The notes beneath the pieces are model-generated. The model saw nothing but the letters and a program-made list of their open reading frames with translations. It was not told the origin of the DNA and searched no databases. The position numbers and the translations under genes were made by a program. From positions 815,130 to 879,129 of the forward strand of contig CAWJPR010000009.1 of assembly GCA_963844815.1 (NCBI GenBank): a stretch of 64,000 nt of DNA, written 5' to 3'. Positions within the stretch are counted from its first letter, which is position 1; every line of letters starts with the position of its first letter. Source of the stretch: an uncultured Chloroflexia bacterium. Its GTDB lineage: Bacteria > Chloroflexota > Anaerolineae > Fen-1058. This document shows, piece by piece, positions 10,320-20,496 of the stretch.

Positions 10320-11525
10320 ATGTCCCGCGATCTCAAGCTCGTCACCCTGGCTCTGTTTCTCTGGGGCAGCGGCGAAGGTCTGTTCTATTACATCCTGCCG
10401 CTGTACATGGAACAGTTAGGCGCTGCGCCGCAGGAAGTGGGCGCCGTGCTGGGGCTGGCCGCGTTTCTCACCGCCTGCTCGTTCATCCCCGGCGGCCTGT
10501 TGGCCGATCGCTTTGACGCAAAGAAAGTCATGGTCTGGGGCTGGGCCCTCGGCGCGGTGGCTTCGCTGGGCATGGGCCTGGCCTCGACGTGGCAATGGTT
10601 CGTGCCGTGGATCCTGATCTACAACGTCTCGGCGTATTGCATTCCCGCCATCAACACCTACATCGCCGAAGCCAGCGGCGATATTCCGCTGGAGCACACC
10701 ATCACCGTCACCTTCGCCGGTTACGCGGCAGGCAGCATCGTGTCGCCCTTCATCGGCGGGCGGTTGTCCGCCGCGCTGGGCACGCCGCCGCTTTTCATCA
10801 TCGGCGCCATCATCTTTGGGCTGTCGTTCTTCATTGCGCTGAGCGTCAGCAGCCATGCCCCGCATTTGAACTACGCCAAACTGCGCGATCAATCGCTGCG
10901 CCGGCAGTTCACGCGGCTGCGCCCGCTGACGGCGACTTATGCGCGGTTGTTTTTTGTCTTCTTCACCGTCCTCGTCGGCACGATACTGCCCGCCAATTAC
11001 CTGGGAACCTTGAACTGGGACATCAGCGATGTGAACTCGTTGGGCGGAACTGCCAACGCGATCGGCGCGCTGATCCTGTCGTTGGTTCTGGGGCGCGTGG
11101 CCGCAGGCCGGCGCCGTCGCGGACTATTGCTGGGCCAGGCTCTGGCGTTCGCCGCGATGCTCCTGTTTGCCCTCAGCACTCCGTCGCTGCGTTTCCTGCC
11201 GGTGGCGGCCTACTTCCTGCTGGGCGCAGTGCCGACTCTGCGCGAGTTGTCCAACGCCCAGCTGGCCACACAAGTCGATCACGATCTGCGCGGCACGGTG
11301 CTGGGCATGAACGAAACGATCTTTGCACTGGCACGCAGCCTGGCCGCGCTGCTGGCCGGGGCGCTGTTTGCGCTGAATCCGCGCGGTCCGTTCATCGCCG
11401 GCATCGTGCTGATCCCGATCGGGATGGTGTTGATCGCGCGGCTGCGTCCCAGGCCGGCGCGTGAGGAGTTTGTCGCCATGGCCTCCACCAGCAATGTGAT
11501 CCTGGAAACCGTTGACGATGATTGA
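10320..11525 (+). CDS. MFS transporter
   Basis: About 12 hydrophobic segments; GGLLADRFDAKK motif-A-like; RGTVLG. Confidence 0.9.
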   Translation: MSRDLKLVTLALFLWGSGEGLFYYILPLYMEQLGAAPQEVGAVLGLAAFLTACSFIPGGLLADRFDAKKVMVWGWALGAVASLGMGLASTWQWFVPWILIYNVSAYCIPAINTYIAEASGDIPLEHTITVTFAGYAAGSIVSPFIGGRLSAALGTPPLFIIGAIIFGLSFFIALSVSSHAPHLNYAKLRDQSLRRQFTRLRPLTATYARLFFVFFTVLVGTILPANYLGTLNWDISDVNSLGGTANAIGALILSLVLGRVAAGRRRRGLLLGQALAFAAMLLFALSTPSLRFLPVAAYFLLGAVPTLRELSNAQLATQVDHDLRGTVLGMNETIFALARSLAALLAGALFALNPRGPFIAGIVLIPIGMVLIARLRPRPAREEFVAMASTSNVILETVDDD

Positions 11526-11574
11526 GGCGTGTTACAATTTTGGAGGTTGGAGATGAGAGGCTGGAGGGTAGAGC

Positions 11575-12453
11575 GTGAAGGATAAGCGGTTGTTATTGGC
11601 GTTTCCCCATCCTGACGATGAATCATTCGGCCCCGGCGGCACGATTGCAAAGTACGCGCGCGAAGGCGTGGACGTGCATTACGTGTGCGCCACGCGCGGC
11701 GAGGTGGGCACCGTCGATCCGGAACTGTTGAAACCGTATGAGCATCTGCCCGAAGATCAACGGCTGGGCGCGCTGCGTGGCCAGGAACTGCGCAGCGCCG
11801 CCGATATTCTGAAACTCACGGGCTTGCACTACCTGGGTTATCGCGATTCGGGCATGCCGGGGACAGAAGCCAACCGCGATCCGCGCGCCTTTATCAACGC
11901 CGATCCCGAGCGGGTGACGGGGCAGCTCGTGAAGATCCTCCGATCGGTGCGGCCGCAGGTCGTCGTCACGTTCGATCCCTTCGGCGGCTACGGCCATCCC
12001 GATCATATCTTCATCCATCAGTGCGCGACGAAAGCCTTTCACGCGGCCGGCGCTGCGGCCAGCTATCCGGAAGCCGGCCCGCCCTATCGCCCCCAGAAAC
12101 TGTACTGGACCGTTTTTCCCAAAGGTCTGCTAAAATTCTTTGTGATGGTCATGCGCCTGACCGGGCGCGATCCGACGAAGTTCGGGCGCAACGGCGACAT
12201 TGACCTCAAAGCGATCGCCGCGCACGATTATCCGCCCACGACGCGCATTGACGTGTGGCCCTACTATGCCATCAAACAGCAGGCCGCGGCCTGTCACACC
12301 AGCCAGCTGGCTGGCGGACCGGGGATGTTCGACCGGTTGCCGCGTCTCCTCCAGCGCCGTCTAAACGGCTATGAAACATTTCGCCGGGTGGAACCCAACG
12401 TCGCCGGGCAGCGTCTTAAGGAACGCGACCTATTTGAAGGCGTCACAACGTGA
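11575..12453 (+). CDS. PIG-L family deacetylase (MshB/Mca-like)
   Basis: PHPDDE, TRGEVG, YRDSGM, GGYGHPDH. Confidence 0.9.
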   Translation: MKDKRLLLAFPHPDDESFGPGGTIAKYAREGVDVHYVCATRGEVGTVDPELLKPYEHLPEDQRLGALRGQELRSAADILKLTGLHYLGYRDSGMPGTEANRDPRAFINADPERVTGQLVKILRSVRPQVVVTFDPFGGYGHPDHIFIHQCATKAFHAAGAAASYPEAGPPYRPQKLYWTVFPKGLLKFFVMVMRLTGRDPTKFGRNGDIDLKAIAAHDYPPTTRIDVWPYYAIKQQAAACHTSQLAGGPGMFDRLPRLLQRRLNGYETFRRVEPNVAGQRLKERDLFEGVTT

Positions 12454-12508
12454 AGCCGAAGCGATCAACGAAAACGAGCGGGGCACTGAAACTCAGGAGG
12501 TAAACATC

Positions 12509-13281
12509 ATGAAGAAAATAGGTTTGATCCTGTTGGCCGGCGTGCTGCTGCTCACGCTGGCGAGCCCGGCCGCCGCGAGTGGGCCGACCGGCATGATCGG
12601 CATTTATAGCGTGGCCGCCTGCCAGGACACGACGACGGTGGCCGTGTCTGGCACGGCGAGCGCTGCCACCAATCGCATCAAAGCCAAGATCTATGAGCAA
12701 AACGACAAGGGCGAATGGATCGAGCTGGCCAGCACGGTGTCATCCAATTTCGACAGCGGCGACTTCTTGATGCCGCTGGTGCTCGATTACTCTGGCAACG
12801 CGGTGGAGGGCGGAGCGCCGCTGCAAGTGGTGGCAGACTGCAGAGCCGCAGCGGCAATAGCTGGGTCGACGTGGGCAGCGCCTCTACGATCCTGAACGCA
12901 TCGGACAGGAACTGCCGGGACAGATGCTCGACCACCATCAGCACCACCGACAGAGCACCCGCCAATGGCGTGATCACCGTGCGCAGCCACTACGGATCGT
13001 TCTTCCGGCCGGAAGGCCGGCTGCACAGCGCCACACCCGTCAAGGCGGGACAGCGCGCGTTCTACTCCGTGGTGGCCTTGCCCTGCAACTGGACAGTGCG
13101 CGCCTGGTACTATCCGGCGACCGGCAAAGATCGCACACCCCGGCTGCTGCCCGCGCAGTACTGGCCGTACGAATTTGGAGCCGCCTCGGAGGACGGCGCC
13201 ATTCCCTATGCCACCAGTTTCGCGAAAGGGATCAAGGCGACGGCGCCGCTGGAGTACGGCGATCCTTACGCGCCAAAGTGA
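12509..13281 (+). CDS. Secreted hypothetical protein; frameshift near 12838
   Basis: AGGAGG RBS; signal peptide MKKIGLILLAGVLLLTLASPAAA; continues in the 12715..13281 frame. Confidence 0.7.
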
Positions 13282-13315
13282 GAACTATAGCGAATTTCGA
13301 TTGGTTTACGGTCCT

Positions 13316-13419
13316 GTCATGCCCGAGTGCCTGCGAAGCGTGTCGGGCATCCAGGCCAATCATTGACGATCTATCCTGATAGGGCCGCTGGATTCCCGCT
13401 AAAGGCGCGCGGGAATGAC
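13316..13419. repeat. Inverted doublet of GTCAT-headed palindromic (REP-like) units
   Basis: gtcatgcccga..tcgggcatcca facing tggattcccgc..gcgggaatgac, between convergent genes. Confidence 0.7.
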
Positions 13420-13434
13420 GATGCAGCGTGACGG

Positions 13435-14514
13435 TCAGGCCGAAAGCCGCGCCCGCATCGAATCGCTTCTGGTCACTTCCTGATCCAGGCCGAGCGTTTC
13501 AAACAATTCAATCGCCGTGTAGATACCCCGCAGTTGAACTGCGGGCAGAGGCCGTTCACGTCGACTAAAGCGCAAGCGTGTCCCCACGCTCGTTTGGAGA
13601 TAAGCGTCGGGCAATTGACGCGCTAATTCGTGCGTCGCTTTCCAGCCCGTACAATGCCCCGGCACAATCACCTGCGGCCCGATGGCAGCCAACTCGCCAA
13701 TCGTGCGCGGAATGATCGGCTCAAACAAACCTCCGGTTAAGTGCAGGCCGCCGACAAAGGCGTGGACCGTCTCGACGCCCGTGATGCGTTGCGCGTGCTT
13801 CAACACGTTAATCACTCCGGCATGGCTGCAACTCGACAACACGACGAGGCCCTTGCCCTTCACGTGGCACACCACGGCCTGATCGTCCCAGATCCAGGTA
13901 TCAGGTTCCCAGCCATGCTCGGTCTTGACGTGCTGCAACGGAAAGCCCTTCTCGAAGTCAGTCACGCGATCGATCTGGCCGGTGACCAGCACGCGATTCT
14001 CCAACAGTAGCGACGGGCCGCGCTCTTCGACGACCTCCCAGCCTTCTCGATCGAGATCGCTGTGGCTGGGCGGCGGCATGCGAATTTCAACGCCGGTCGG
14101 AAAGACCACGCGCCGCTCGCGCCACGCGTCGGGGTGCAGCACCAGCGGCATGCCGCGCCGGCTCACACGGCGATAGAAACCTTCCAGGCCGCCGTGATGG
14201 TCGGCGTGGCCGTGCGACAGTACCACCGTGCGCAGATCGCGCGGATTGAGGCCGAGCACATCCATGTTGTGCAGCGCCGTGTTGCGGCCCAGCCCGGCAT
14301 CGTATAGCAGCGATTCTGTGTGATTGCCGTATTGAATGGTCAACAACAGCGAATAGCCATGCTCGGCAATCAACTGATCGCGCTCGGACCAGTTGGAGTG
14401 CAGGGGCGCGCGCTGCGCGGCCCGCTCGTTGGTCAGCAAAAGATCCACGGAGTTATCGACGAGGATGGTGACCTCGGCGGCCTCAACAGGCTCCAGCGTG
14501 ACGTGATCGCTCAT
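13435..14514 (-). CDS. MBL-fold metallo-hydrolase with extended C-terminus
   Basis: AEHGYS, LYDAG, LSHGHADHHGG, DDQA, SCSHAG, GGLHL, PGHCTG. Confidence 0.9.
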   Translation of the reverse strand: MSDHVTLEPVEAAEVTILVDNSVDLLLTNERAAQRAPLHSNWSERDQLIAEHGYSLLLTIQYGNHTESLLYDAGLGRNTALHNMDVLGLNPRDLRTVVLSHGHADHHGGLEGFYRRVSRRGMPLVLHPDAWRERRVVFPTGVEIRMPPPSHSDLDREGWEVVEERGPSLLLENRVLVTGQIDRVTDFEKGFPLQHVKTEHGWEPDTWIWDDQAVVCHVKGKGLVVLSSCSHAGVINVLKHAQRITGVETVHAFVGGLHLTGGLFEPIIPRTIGELAAIGPQVIVPGHCTGWKATHELARQLPDAYLQTSVGTRLRFSRRERPLPAVQLRGIYTAIELFETLGLDQEVTRSDSMRARLSA

Positions 14515-14524
14515 CGGCTGTCTC

Positions 14525-15124
14525 CTAACTTACGGTTCGCTTTAGCGCCCCGTAGGATTTGATCAATTCTTCTTCTTCCTGCTTCAGGCGCGGATCGTGT
14601 GGGTCGCGCTCACTCAACACCCACGCGTCGGAATACACCATCGCCAACGCGCGATGATAGGCCGCTTCGCGCACCACTGCCGGATCGACGCGATAGGCCG
14701 CGGCATAAGCGCAGGCCACCGCGTCGACCACTTCAGGCTGATCGCTGTGCCCGAAGAACTTGCGATGCACCACCCACCAACTCACTTCAGCCAGCGCCGC
14801 TTCGTGTGGATCGAGATCCTCGCCGTGCCTGTCTTTGATGTAAGTGAAGAACTGCTGCATGTATGCGATCGCTTTAGGCACGTCGTTGTCTTGCGGCGCA
14901 AAGGCCATCTGTGCGCGTGTCAAGGGAATCCCAACGCGGATCGCTTGCAGCAGCGACAAACCATAGGTCGAGCGAACTAATTCGATGAGCAAACGCAGCA
15001 GCGTGATCCATTTGCGCCGGTAGTAAGCGACCCAGCTGTCCTTTTCGTACCGTGCAACGAGGCTCGGATCGAAATTGCGCATGGGATTGGGACGAACGTA
15101 AGAGGCGGTGAGTATCGTAGACAT
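14525..15124 (-). CDS. Hypothetical alpha-helical protein
   Basis: 199-aa ORF tightly spaced between co-oriented genes; AAAGG RBS. Confidence 0.75.
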   Translation of the reverse strand: MSTILTASYVRPNPMRNFDPSLVARYEKDSWVAYYRRKWITLLRLLIELVRSTYGLSLLQAIRVGIPLTRAQMAFAPQDNDVPKAIAYMQQFFTYIKDRHGEDLDPHEAALAEVSWWVVHRKFFGHSDQPEVVDAVACAYAAAYRVDPAVVREAAYHRALAMVYSDAWVLSERDPHDPRLKQEEEELIKSYGALKRTVS

Positions 15125-15151
15125 CGATGCCTTTCTGAACAGCAGTAAAGA

Positions 15152-16273
15152 TCACGCAGTCGCAGCGGCGAAGGACATAGCGGGCGCCGACGATCGAGTC
15201 TGGCCAATCAAACGGGCCAGCCGATCGAACTCTTGATCGATGCCGAAGACTTTCAGAGCGAAGCGGCCGGCCGAGCGTAGCAGCGCCTTTGGCATTGGCA
15301 TTCTGGTCTGGACGTAAACCGTCAGGCGCGTGCACGTGCCGTCGGCCAGCGACTCCAGCTGGTAGGTTATGACGAAATCGATCGGCATGGTTTTCACGCG
15401 GCTGTCTTTATCCACCGTGTAATACTCAAACGGTCGCCAGTCGAGAACGGTCTCGACCATCGATACGGTCTTGCCGTGCATGCAGTGATTGGTCGCGCCG
15501 GCCGCGGTGCGGCCGCCCGGGCGCAGGGCGGGCTGAATATGCAGATTTTCCCATTCCAGCCGGCGGCGCGGCTCATTGAGCCATTCCCACACCACCGGCG
15601 GCGGCGCATCGCATTCGACCACATAGACCTGGTGCGCCTGCTCCGGCGTTACGACGACATGCCGCACCTCGGTCAATTCGCGGTAACGCGGATGGAGATC
15701 GGAACTGTGCGTCTGCACCTGCCCCAGATCGTATTCCTCAATTTGCGTATGCAGGTTGGCAGGCCGACAGCCCATATGATCGAATACCGCGTCGGTGAAC
15801 AACGCGTACGCGCGCCAGCCGGTGCTCTCTTTGACGTGGTTCTTCAACAAGCGGTGCGCCAGGTTGATGTCGGTGCCGACCAGCTTGGTGACGCCCGCCA
15901 TATCCTGCAGGATGTCACTGCCATGATGAGTGATGAATTTCAAATCCAGGGTGGGCAAACCCTGGCAGGCGCGGCAGGTGCAGGTGGTGCGGCGGCGTAT
16001 GGCTTCCACCTGATCGCGAAAGGCGACGTAGGTCGCTTCGATCAATTCCAGCAGCGTTTCGCCGCGCGGCACGCGAGACAACGGCGCATAGGCAAACACG
16101 GCGTCGCCTTCGAGCTCGGCGATGGTCAGCAGCGGCTTGAAGCGCGCCACAATCAGCTCGAATCGCTCTTTGAGAATCTCGTGCGCATGATCGAGCTCGA
16201 CGCTGGCCAGATAGGCGCTGTAACCGGAGATGTCGGCCAACATCAGATAGCCATGTTGAATCTGCGTGCTCAT
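15152..16273 (-). CDS. DUF2652 (nucleotidyl-cyclase-like) domain fused to an SRPBCC domain
   Basis: LADISGYS, ELEGDAVF, CTCRAC, LDLKFITHHG, GTDINLAHRLLKN; C-terminal APPPVVWEWL, NHCMHG, ETVLDWRPFEYYT. Confidence 0.85.
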   Translation of the reverse strand: MSTQIQHGYLMLADISGYSAYLASVELDHAHEILKERFELIVARFKPLLTIAELEGDAVFAYAPLSRVPRGETLLELIEATYVAFRDQVEAIRRRTTCTCRACQGLPTLDLKFITHHGSDILQDMAGVTKLVGTDINLAHRLLKNHVKESTGWRAYALFTDAVFDHMGCRPANLHTQIEEYDLGQVQTHSSDLHPRYRELTEVRHVVVTPEQAHQVYVVECDAPPPVVWEWLNEPRRRLEWENLHIQPALRPGGRTAAGATNHCMHGKTVSMVETVLDWRPFEYYTVDKDSRVKTMPIDFVITYQLESLADGTCTRLTVYVQTRMPMPKALLRSAGRFALKVFGIDQEFDRLARLIGQTRSSAPAMSFAAATA

Positions 16274-16292
16274 GGCACACTCGATCCTCTCA

Positions 16293-16832
16293 TCACCGAG
16301 CTAACAGCCGAAAGGTCGGCTGTGGCGCCGTCGGAATGCGGGCGCGTTCTTCTGGGGTAGGTGCGTGCCGCCGCGCCAGTTCCAATTGCAGACTCTCCAA
16401 GCCCTTTTGCATCGCCCAGCGATGATTGGCCGAGAAGATTGGCTTCATGATGAACAACAAATAGCGCAGCAGCGGCTTGTCGGCGCGGATGCTCCAGTCG
16501 TAGGAGATGATCACATCCTTGCCGTCCGGCTCGAACGTCCAGATGCCGCGCCCTACAAAATCGCCCCAGGTCTCCAGCGTGAAACCATAGGGATGTCGTG
16601 ATTCGATCACGCGGAACTGCCAGCGCAGCGTATAAGGCAGCCAGCCTTTGGTGTACAGATCGATCACTCTGCCGACGCCGCGCTCGTCGCCTTTTTCCAG
16701 TTCCTTGACTTCCAGATAGACGGACGGCCACCAGCGCGGCAAATCCGGCGCGTTGCCGATGATGTCGTTGACTTCCGCCAGAGTCGCTTTGACGCGCCAC
16801 ATGGTCATGAAGTGATATGCGTTACCGTTCAT
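16293..16832 (-). CDS. SRPBCC/polyketide-cyclase-like protein
   Basis: GGAG RBS; YHFMTMWRV, LPRWWPSV, GWLPYTLRW, GDFVGRGIW, KPIFSANHRWAM. Confidence 0.85.
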   Translation of the reverse strand: MNGNAYHFMTMWRVKATLAEVNDIIGNAPDLPRWWPSVYLEVKELEKGDERGVGRVIDLYTKGWLPYTLRWQFRVIESRHPYGFTLETWGDFVGRGIWTFEPDGKDVIISYDWSIRADKPLLRYLLFIMKPIFSANHRWAMQKGLESLQLELARRHAPTPEERARIPTAPQPTFRLLAR

Positions 16833-16840
16833 GACCACTC

Positions 16841-17182
16841 CTAGCACATCGACCAGTAGGTGTAATCCCCGCCCAGGGTGAGCGAAGGGATGTGCGTGTT
16901 CGACTGAAAGTTCCACTTCATGGCGCATTCGACATTACCCAGCACGGTGAGTGACCCGTCCCGATCGACCAGCGGCTCGACGCGCTCGTCCAACTCCTCA
17001 AAGAGCACGCCTGTCGTCTTGTAGAGCCAGCGGGCGATGACTCCGCCCAGCGGCAAGCGCTGCACCTCGCCCGCCTCCAACAGGCCCGGCCAGATTTCCG
17101 GCGACTGCTCTGCTTCCGGCACATAAGTAAACAGGCGCTCCAGCGAACCGTTTACGACCACGCGTTTCTCAATTTTGGACAT
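16841..17182 (-). CDS. Short SRPBCC-like protein, possibly truncated
   Basis: GGAGG RBS; MSKIEKRVVVNGSLERLFTYV...PEIWPGL resembles an SRPBCC N-terminus. Confidence 0.6.
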   Translation of the reverse strand: MSKIEKRVVVNGSLERLFTYVPEAEQSPEIWPGLLEAGEVQRLPLGGVIARWLYKTTGVLFEELDERVEPLVDRDGSLTVLGNVECAMKWNFQSNTHIPSLTLGGDYTYWSMC

Positions 17183-17422
17183 AGGTTCCTCCCTAAGCCG
17201 GACGGGCTTCTGACAGAACTCCAAAGCGAAGAGCACTCAGCGGGTCAGTCAAACGCAGCAGGCCGCCTGCGCGAATTCGCAGACGGCCTGAAAGGCAGCG
17301 TGATCAAAAATGGGGTTCACATCGCTGCGCGCCCCCGCACGCGAGCCATGACCCTGCCTAGCGCTACTAAAGTGTGCAAGACAGTGTAAGCCCGATTACC
17401 GTCCAAGTCAATTAGAATTTGG

Positions 17423-17977
17423 TTACAATTTTCGCCGCGCCATTTGTGAAGGATCATGCAAAGTGTAGCACACTAGATCAAGCCCGAAGTAATGCGCGTT
17501 CCTCTCGTATTGGAAGCCGAGGTGCTCCATCACCCGCCGTGAGGCGATGTTCTCCGGCGCGGCCAGCGCAATGAGGCGCGCCAGATCAGCCTGCTCAAAG
17601 CCAAAGCGCACACTGGCTCGGGCCGCTTCCGTCGCCAGGCCCTGCCCCCAGCGATCCTGGCGCAGCGCGTAGAGCACCTCAACCTCCCCCGCTTCAGTTA
17701 CGAAGTTCAATCCGCAGTGACCGATGAGCTGCCCGGTAATCTTGTCCGCCAGCGCCCAGACGCCATAGCCGCGCTGCGACCAGTGATCGGCGAAGACCGC
17801 GATGGTTCGCTCGGCGCGTGCGCGGGGCGTCAGATCGCGCCTGGGCAAATAGCGCATCACGTCTGCGTCGGCAAAGATATGCTCCACGTAATCGTCAAGA
17901 TCAGCGACAGTGAATTGCCGCAGCAACAGCCGTGCCGTCTCGATCCTGGGAATGCTGCCTAGTGCTTCATCCTTCAT
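17423..17977 (-). CDS. GNAT acetyltransferase (RimJ/RimL type)
   Basis: IETARLLLRQF, LIGHCGL, WGQGLATEA, NIASRRVMEHLGF. Confidence 0.92.
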   Translation of the reverse strand: MKDEALGSIPRIETARLLLRQFTVADLDDYVEHIFADADVMRYLPRRDLTPRARAERTIAVFADHWSQRGYGVWALADKITGQLIGHCGLNFVTEAGEVEVLYALRQDRWGQGLATEAARASVRFGFEQADLARLIALAAPENIASRRVMEHLGFQYERNAHYFGLDLVCYTLHDPSQMARRKL

Positions 17978-17980
17978 CCC

Positions 17981-18709
17981 TCAGCCCTCAGCTTGCTCTG
18001 CCAGCCACTCCTCAAACTCCGCATACGAACTCACCACCGCGTCCGGCTCGACGGAGCGATTGGCATCGTCATAGTTGGCCGTCAAGCGCACGGCCTGCAT
18101 GCCCAGCGCTTTCGCTCCGGCGATATCGCTGTGGGTGAGATCGCCGAGATGAACGGCTTCATTCGGCCGCGCGCCCAACCGATCGAGTGTCATCTGAAAG
18201 ATGCGCGCGTGCGGCTTGCTCACGCCGGCTTCATCGGAGAACGTGGTGCAGGTGAAGCAGTCGAGCAGGCTATCGCGCTTGAGGAAGTGACGCAGCGTCC
18301 TGCCGGTCGAAAGGCCCGAGTCGGAAATGACGCCCAATTTGTAGCGCTGCGCCAGTCGCTGCACCGTCTCCGCCGCGCCTTCAATCAACGTCGGGCCGGG
18401 ATCGGCGTCGAGCAGCGATCGATCGAAGTAGTCGGCTAACGCGTTGAAGTCGCCGGCTGGCAGTTGAATCAGCAGCTCGTCCAGCATCCAGCGCACCCAC
18501 TCGGCGGCGGACGGCGTGCGATACTCGTCGCGCCAGACGCGATTCCAGTTCCGGCGCGCGACGTCTTCGGCCTCGTCCACCTGTTCCACGCTGACGTCGA
18601 CGTGATTCCCGGCCAGGACCTCAAACAAGAACTTGCGCCGCAGCGCAAAGGCATACGGCGCGGCTTTGTACAGGGTATTCCAGAAATCGAAAGTGATGGC
18701 TTTGAGCAT
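17981..18709 (-). CDS. HAD-superfamily hydrolase
   Basis: AITFDFWNTL, GVISDS, FSDEAGVSKP, HLGD..SDIAGA. Confidence 0.9.
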   Translation of the reverse strand: MLKAITFDFWNTLYKAAPYAFALRRKFLFEVLAGNHVDVSVEQVDEAEDVARRNWNRVWRDEYRTPSAAEWVRWMLDELLIQLPAGDFNALADYFDRSLLDADPGPTLIEGAAETVQRLAQRYKLGVISDSGLSTGRTLRHFLKRDSLLDCFTCTTFSDEAGVSKPHARIFQMTLDRLGARPNEAVHLGDLTHSDIAGAKALGMQAVRLTANYDDANRSVEPDAVVSSYAEFEEWLAEQAEG

Positions 18710-18812
18710 GATGAGTGATAAGTGACGAGTGATGAGTGATCCACGAGTCCTCACGAAGGTTCACGAATAGGTCTTTCCTGTCGATTCGTGTTGATTCGTG
18801 TGAATTCGTGGA
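18708..18812. repeat. Heptamer tandem array plus inverted 9-mer array
   Basis: (a/g)agtga(t/c) x4, then cacga units at 9-10 nt spacing facing (ttcgtgttga/ttcgtgtgaa/ttcgtgga). Confidence 0.7.
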
Positions 18813-18819
18813 TCAAGTT

Positions 18820-20111
18820 TTAACGCGCAGCGAGCTGATACACGGCCCCGCCGTGATCGACGACATACAATTCGCCGTTCACATCTTCGCCAAACGAACT
18901 GATGTTCACGCCGGACTCCAGCTGTTTGGTCATCTGCCACTGATCGCCGTCGCGCTGCAGCGACCAGATGATGCCCGAACAGTAATCGCCAAAGAAGAAC
19001 GCGCCCTGCAGCGCCGGATATTTTAACCCACGATAGACGTAGCCGCCCGTCACCGAACAACCGCCCGCATCGTGACTGTATTCGGCCACCGGCAGCACCA
19101 GGCTCGACTGATCACAGCCTTGTCGTGGATCGAAGCAATGCATGCCCTCCATGATGCGCCAGCCGTAGTTCTCTCCGCCCTGCTCGCTGCCGGCTGGAAG
19201 TTCACTTCTTCGTAAGTGTTTTGCCCCACATCGGCTATATACAGATCGCCGGTCGATCGATCGAACGAGAAGCGCCACGGGTTGCGCACGCCGCTGGCCC
19301 AGATTTCATTGCCCGCCGGGTTCGAAGCCGGAACTGTGTACGTGTCTTGACTCGTGACGTCGATACGCAGCATTTTGCCGAGCAGCGCCTGCGGGTCCTG
19401 CCCGTTGCCGATCGGGCCGTGCTGATCCCCCGCGCCGCCGCCATCCCCCATGCCGATGTACAGATAGCCATCCGGCCCGAACTTGATCAATCCGCCATTG
19501 TGATTCGATTCCGGCTGCGCGATGACGAGAATCACTTGCCCCGATTGAGCATCCGCGCGATCCGGATCATCTGGCGAAACGGTGTAACGCTCGATCACCG
19601 TCGCGCCATCTGGCTGACGCGTGTAATTGACAAAGAATTGTCCATTTGCGGCGTAGTCAGGATGAAACGCCACGCTCAACAGGCCGCGCTCATTGCCGCT
19701 GGTTGAAACCTTCTCCACAATATCGAGAAAAGGCCGATCGAGGAGCTGATCATCCTTCACGATGCGGATGCGTCCCGGCTGCTCGACCACAAACAAGCGA
19801 TCATCGCCCGCGTGTGTTACATAATCCGGCCGTACCAGGCCGTCCTCGATCACCGGCTCGAGCGCCAGGGTGAATTTACCGCCGGTCTGCGCTGGCATCG
19901 TCGCCGTCGGTTCCGGCTCCGCCGTGGGCGATGGGGCGATCGTGGGGGAAGGCGGAATCGCCGTCGGCTCGATGGTGGGTGGAACACTCGTCGGTTGGCG
20001 ACTCGCCGGAGCCGATGTCGCTACGGTCGTACGCGCAGGTGAGGTGGCGGGTGCGGCGCACGCGGCCAACAGCAGGCTTGCGCACAACACCTTGATCACA
20101 GTCAATTTCAT
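18820..20111 (-). CDS. PQQ-dependent glucose/sorbosone dehydrogenase-family lipoprotein; frameshift near 19180
   Basis: Lipobox LAAC, Pro/Thr linker, ERGLLSVAFHP, NHNGG, FGPDGYLY, GVRNPWRFSFD, GENYGW, SSFGED. Confidence 0.9.
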
Positions 20112-20181
20112 GATGTTCTCCTATCCATCGCAGGCTGAAGGAGATTCTATCAGCAAAACATGAAACCCTCCTAAATAAAGA

Positions 20182-20216
20182 AAGACCCGGCCGGTCGTCA
20201 TGACCGGCCGGGTCTT
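20182..20216 (-). terminator. Rho-independent terminator
   Basis: aagacccggccggtc..gaccggccgggtctt 15-bp stem with T-rich tail on the minus strand. Confidence 0.75.
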
Positions 20217-20235
20217 CACGGCAAACAGCCCGTGA

Positions 20236-20423
20236 TCAGCGGGCAGATTGCAGGAAGGCAATCAACCGCGCGGTCTTCGACGACGGCAACTGCTGTTGAT
20301 GTCGCGATAACCGGGGGTGTGGGCGAAGCGCTCGCGCATGAGCAGTGAAACGGGCGTGGGCGGCGCGGCACAGCCCATCAAGAGCGCCAGCCTGAAGATC
20401 CAGTTGATGAGGCGGGCAAGCAT
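20236..20423 (-). CDS. Putative small protein (about 55-60 aa); end uncertain
   Basis: GGAGG RBS before ATG 20423, MLARLINWIFRLALLMGCAAP; lies between two minus-strand terminators. Confidence 0.45.
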
Positions 20424-20496
20424 GACTTTTCCTCCACATTGACCTAGAGCATATACCGCGCCCGCGCCCGATCGGTTCCCCCGGCTCCTTCGGGAA

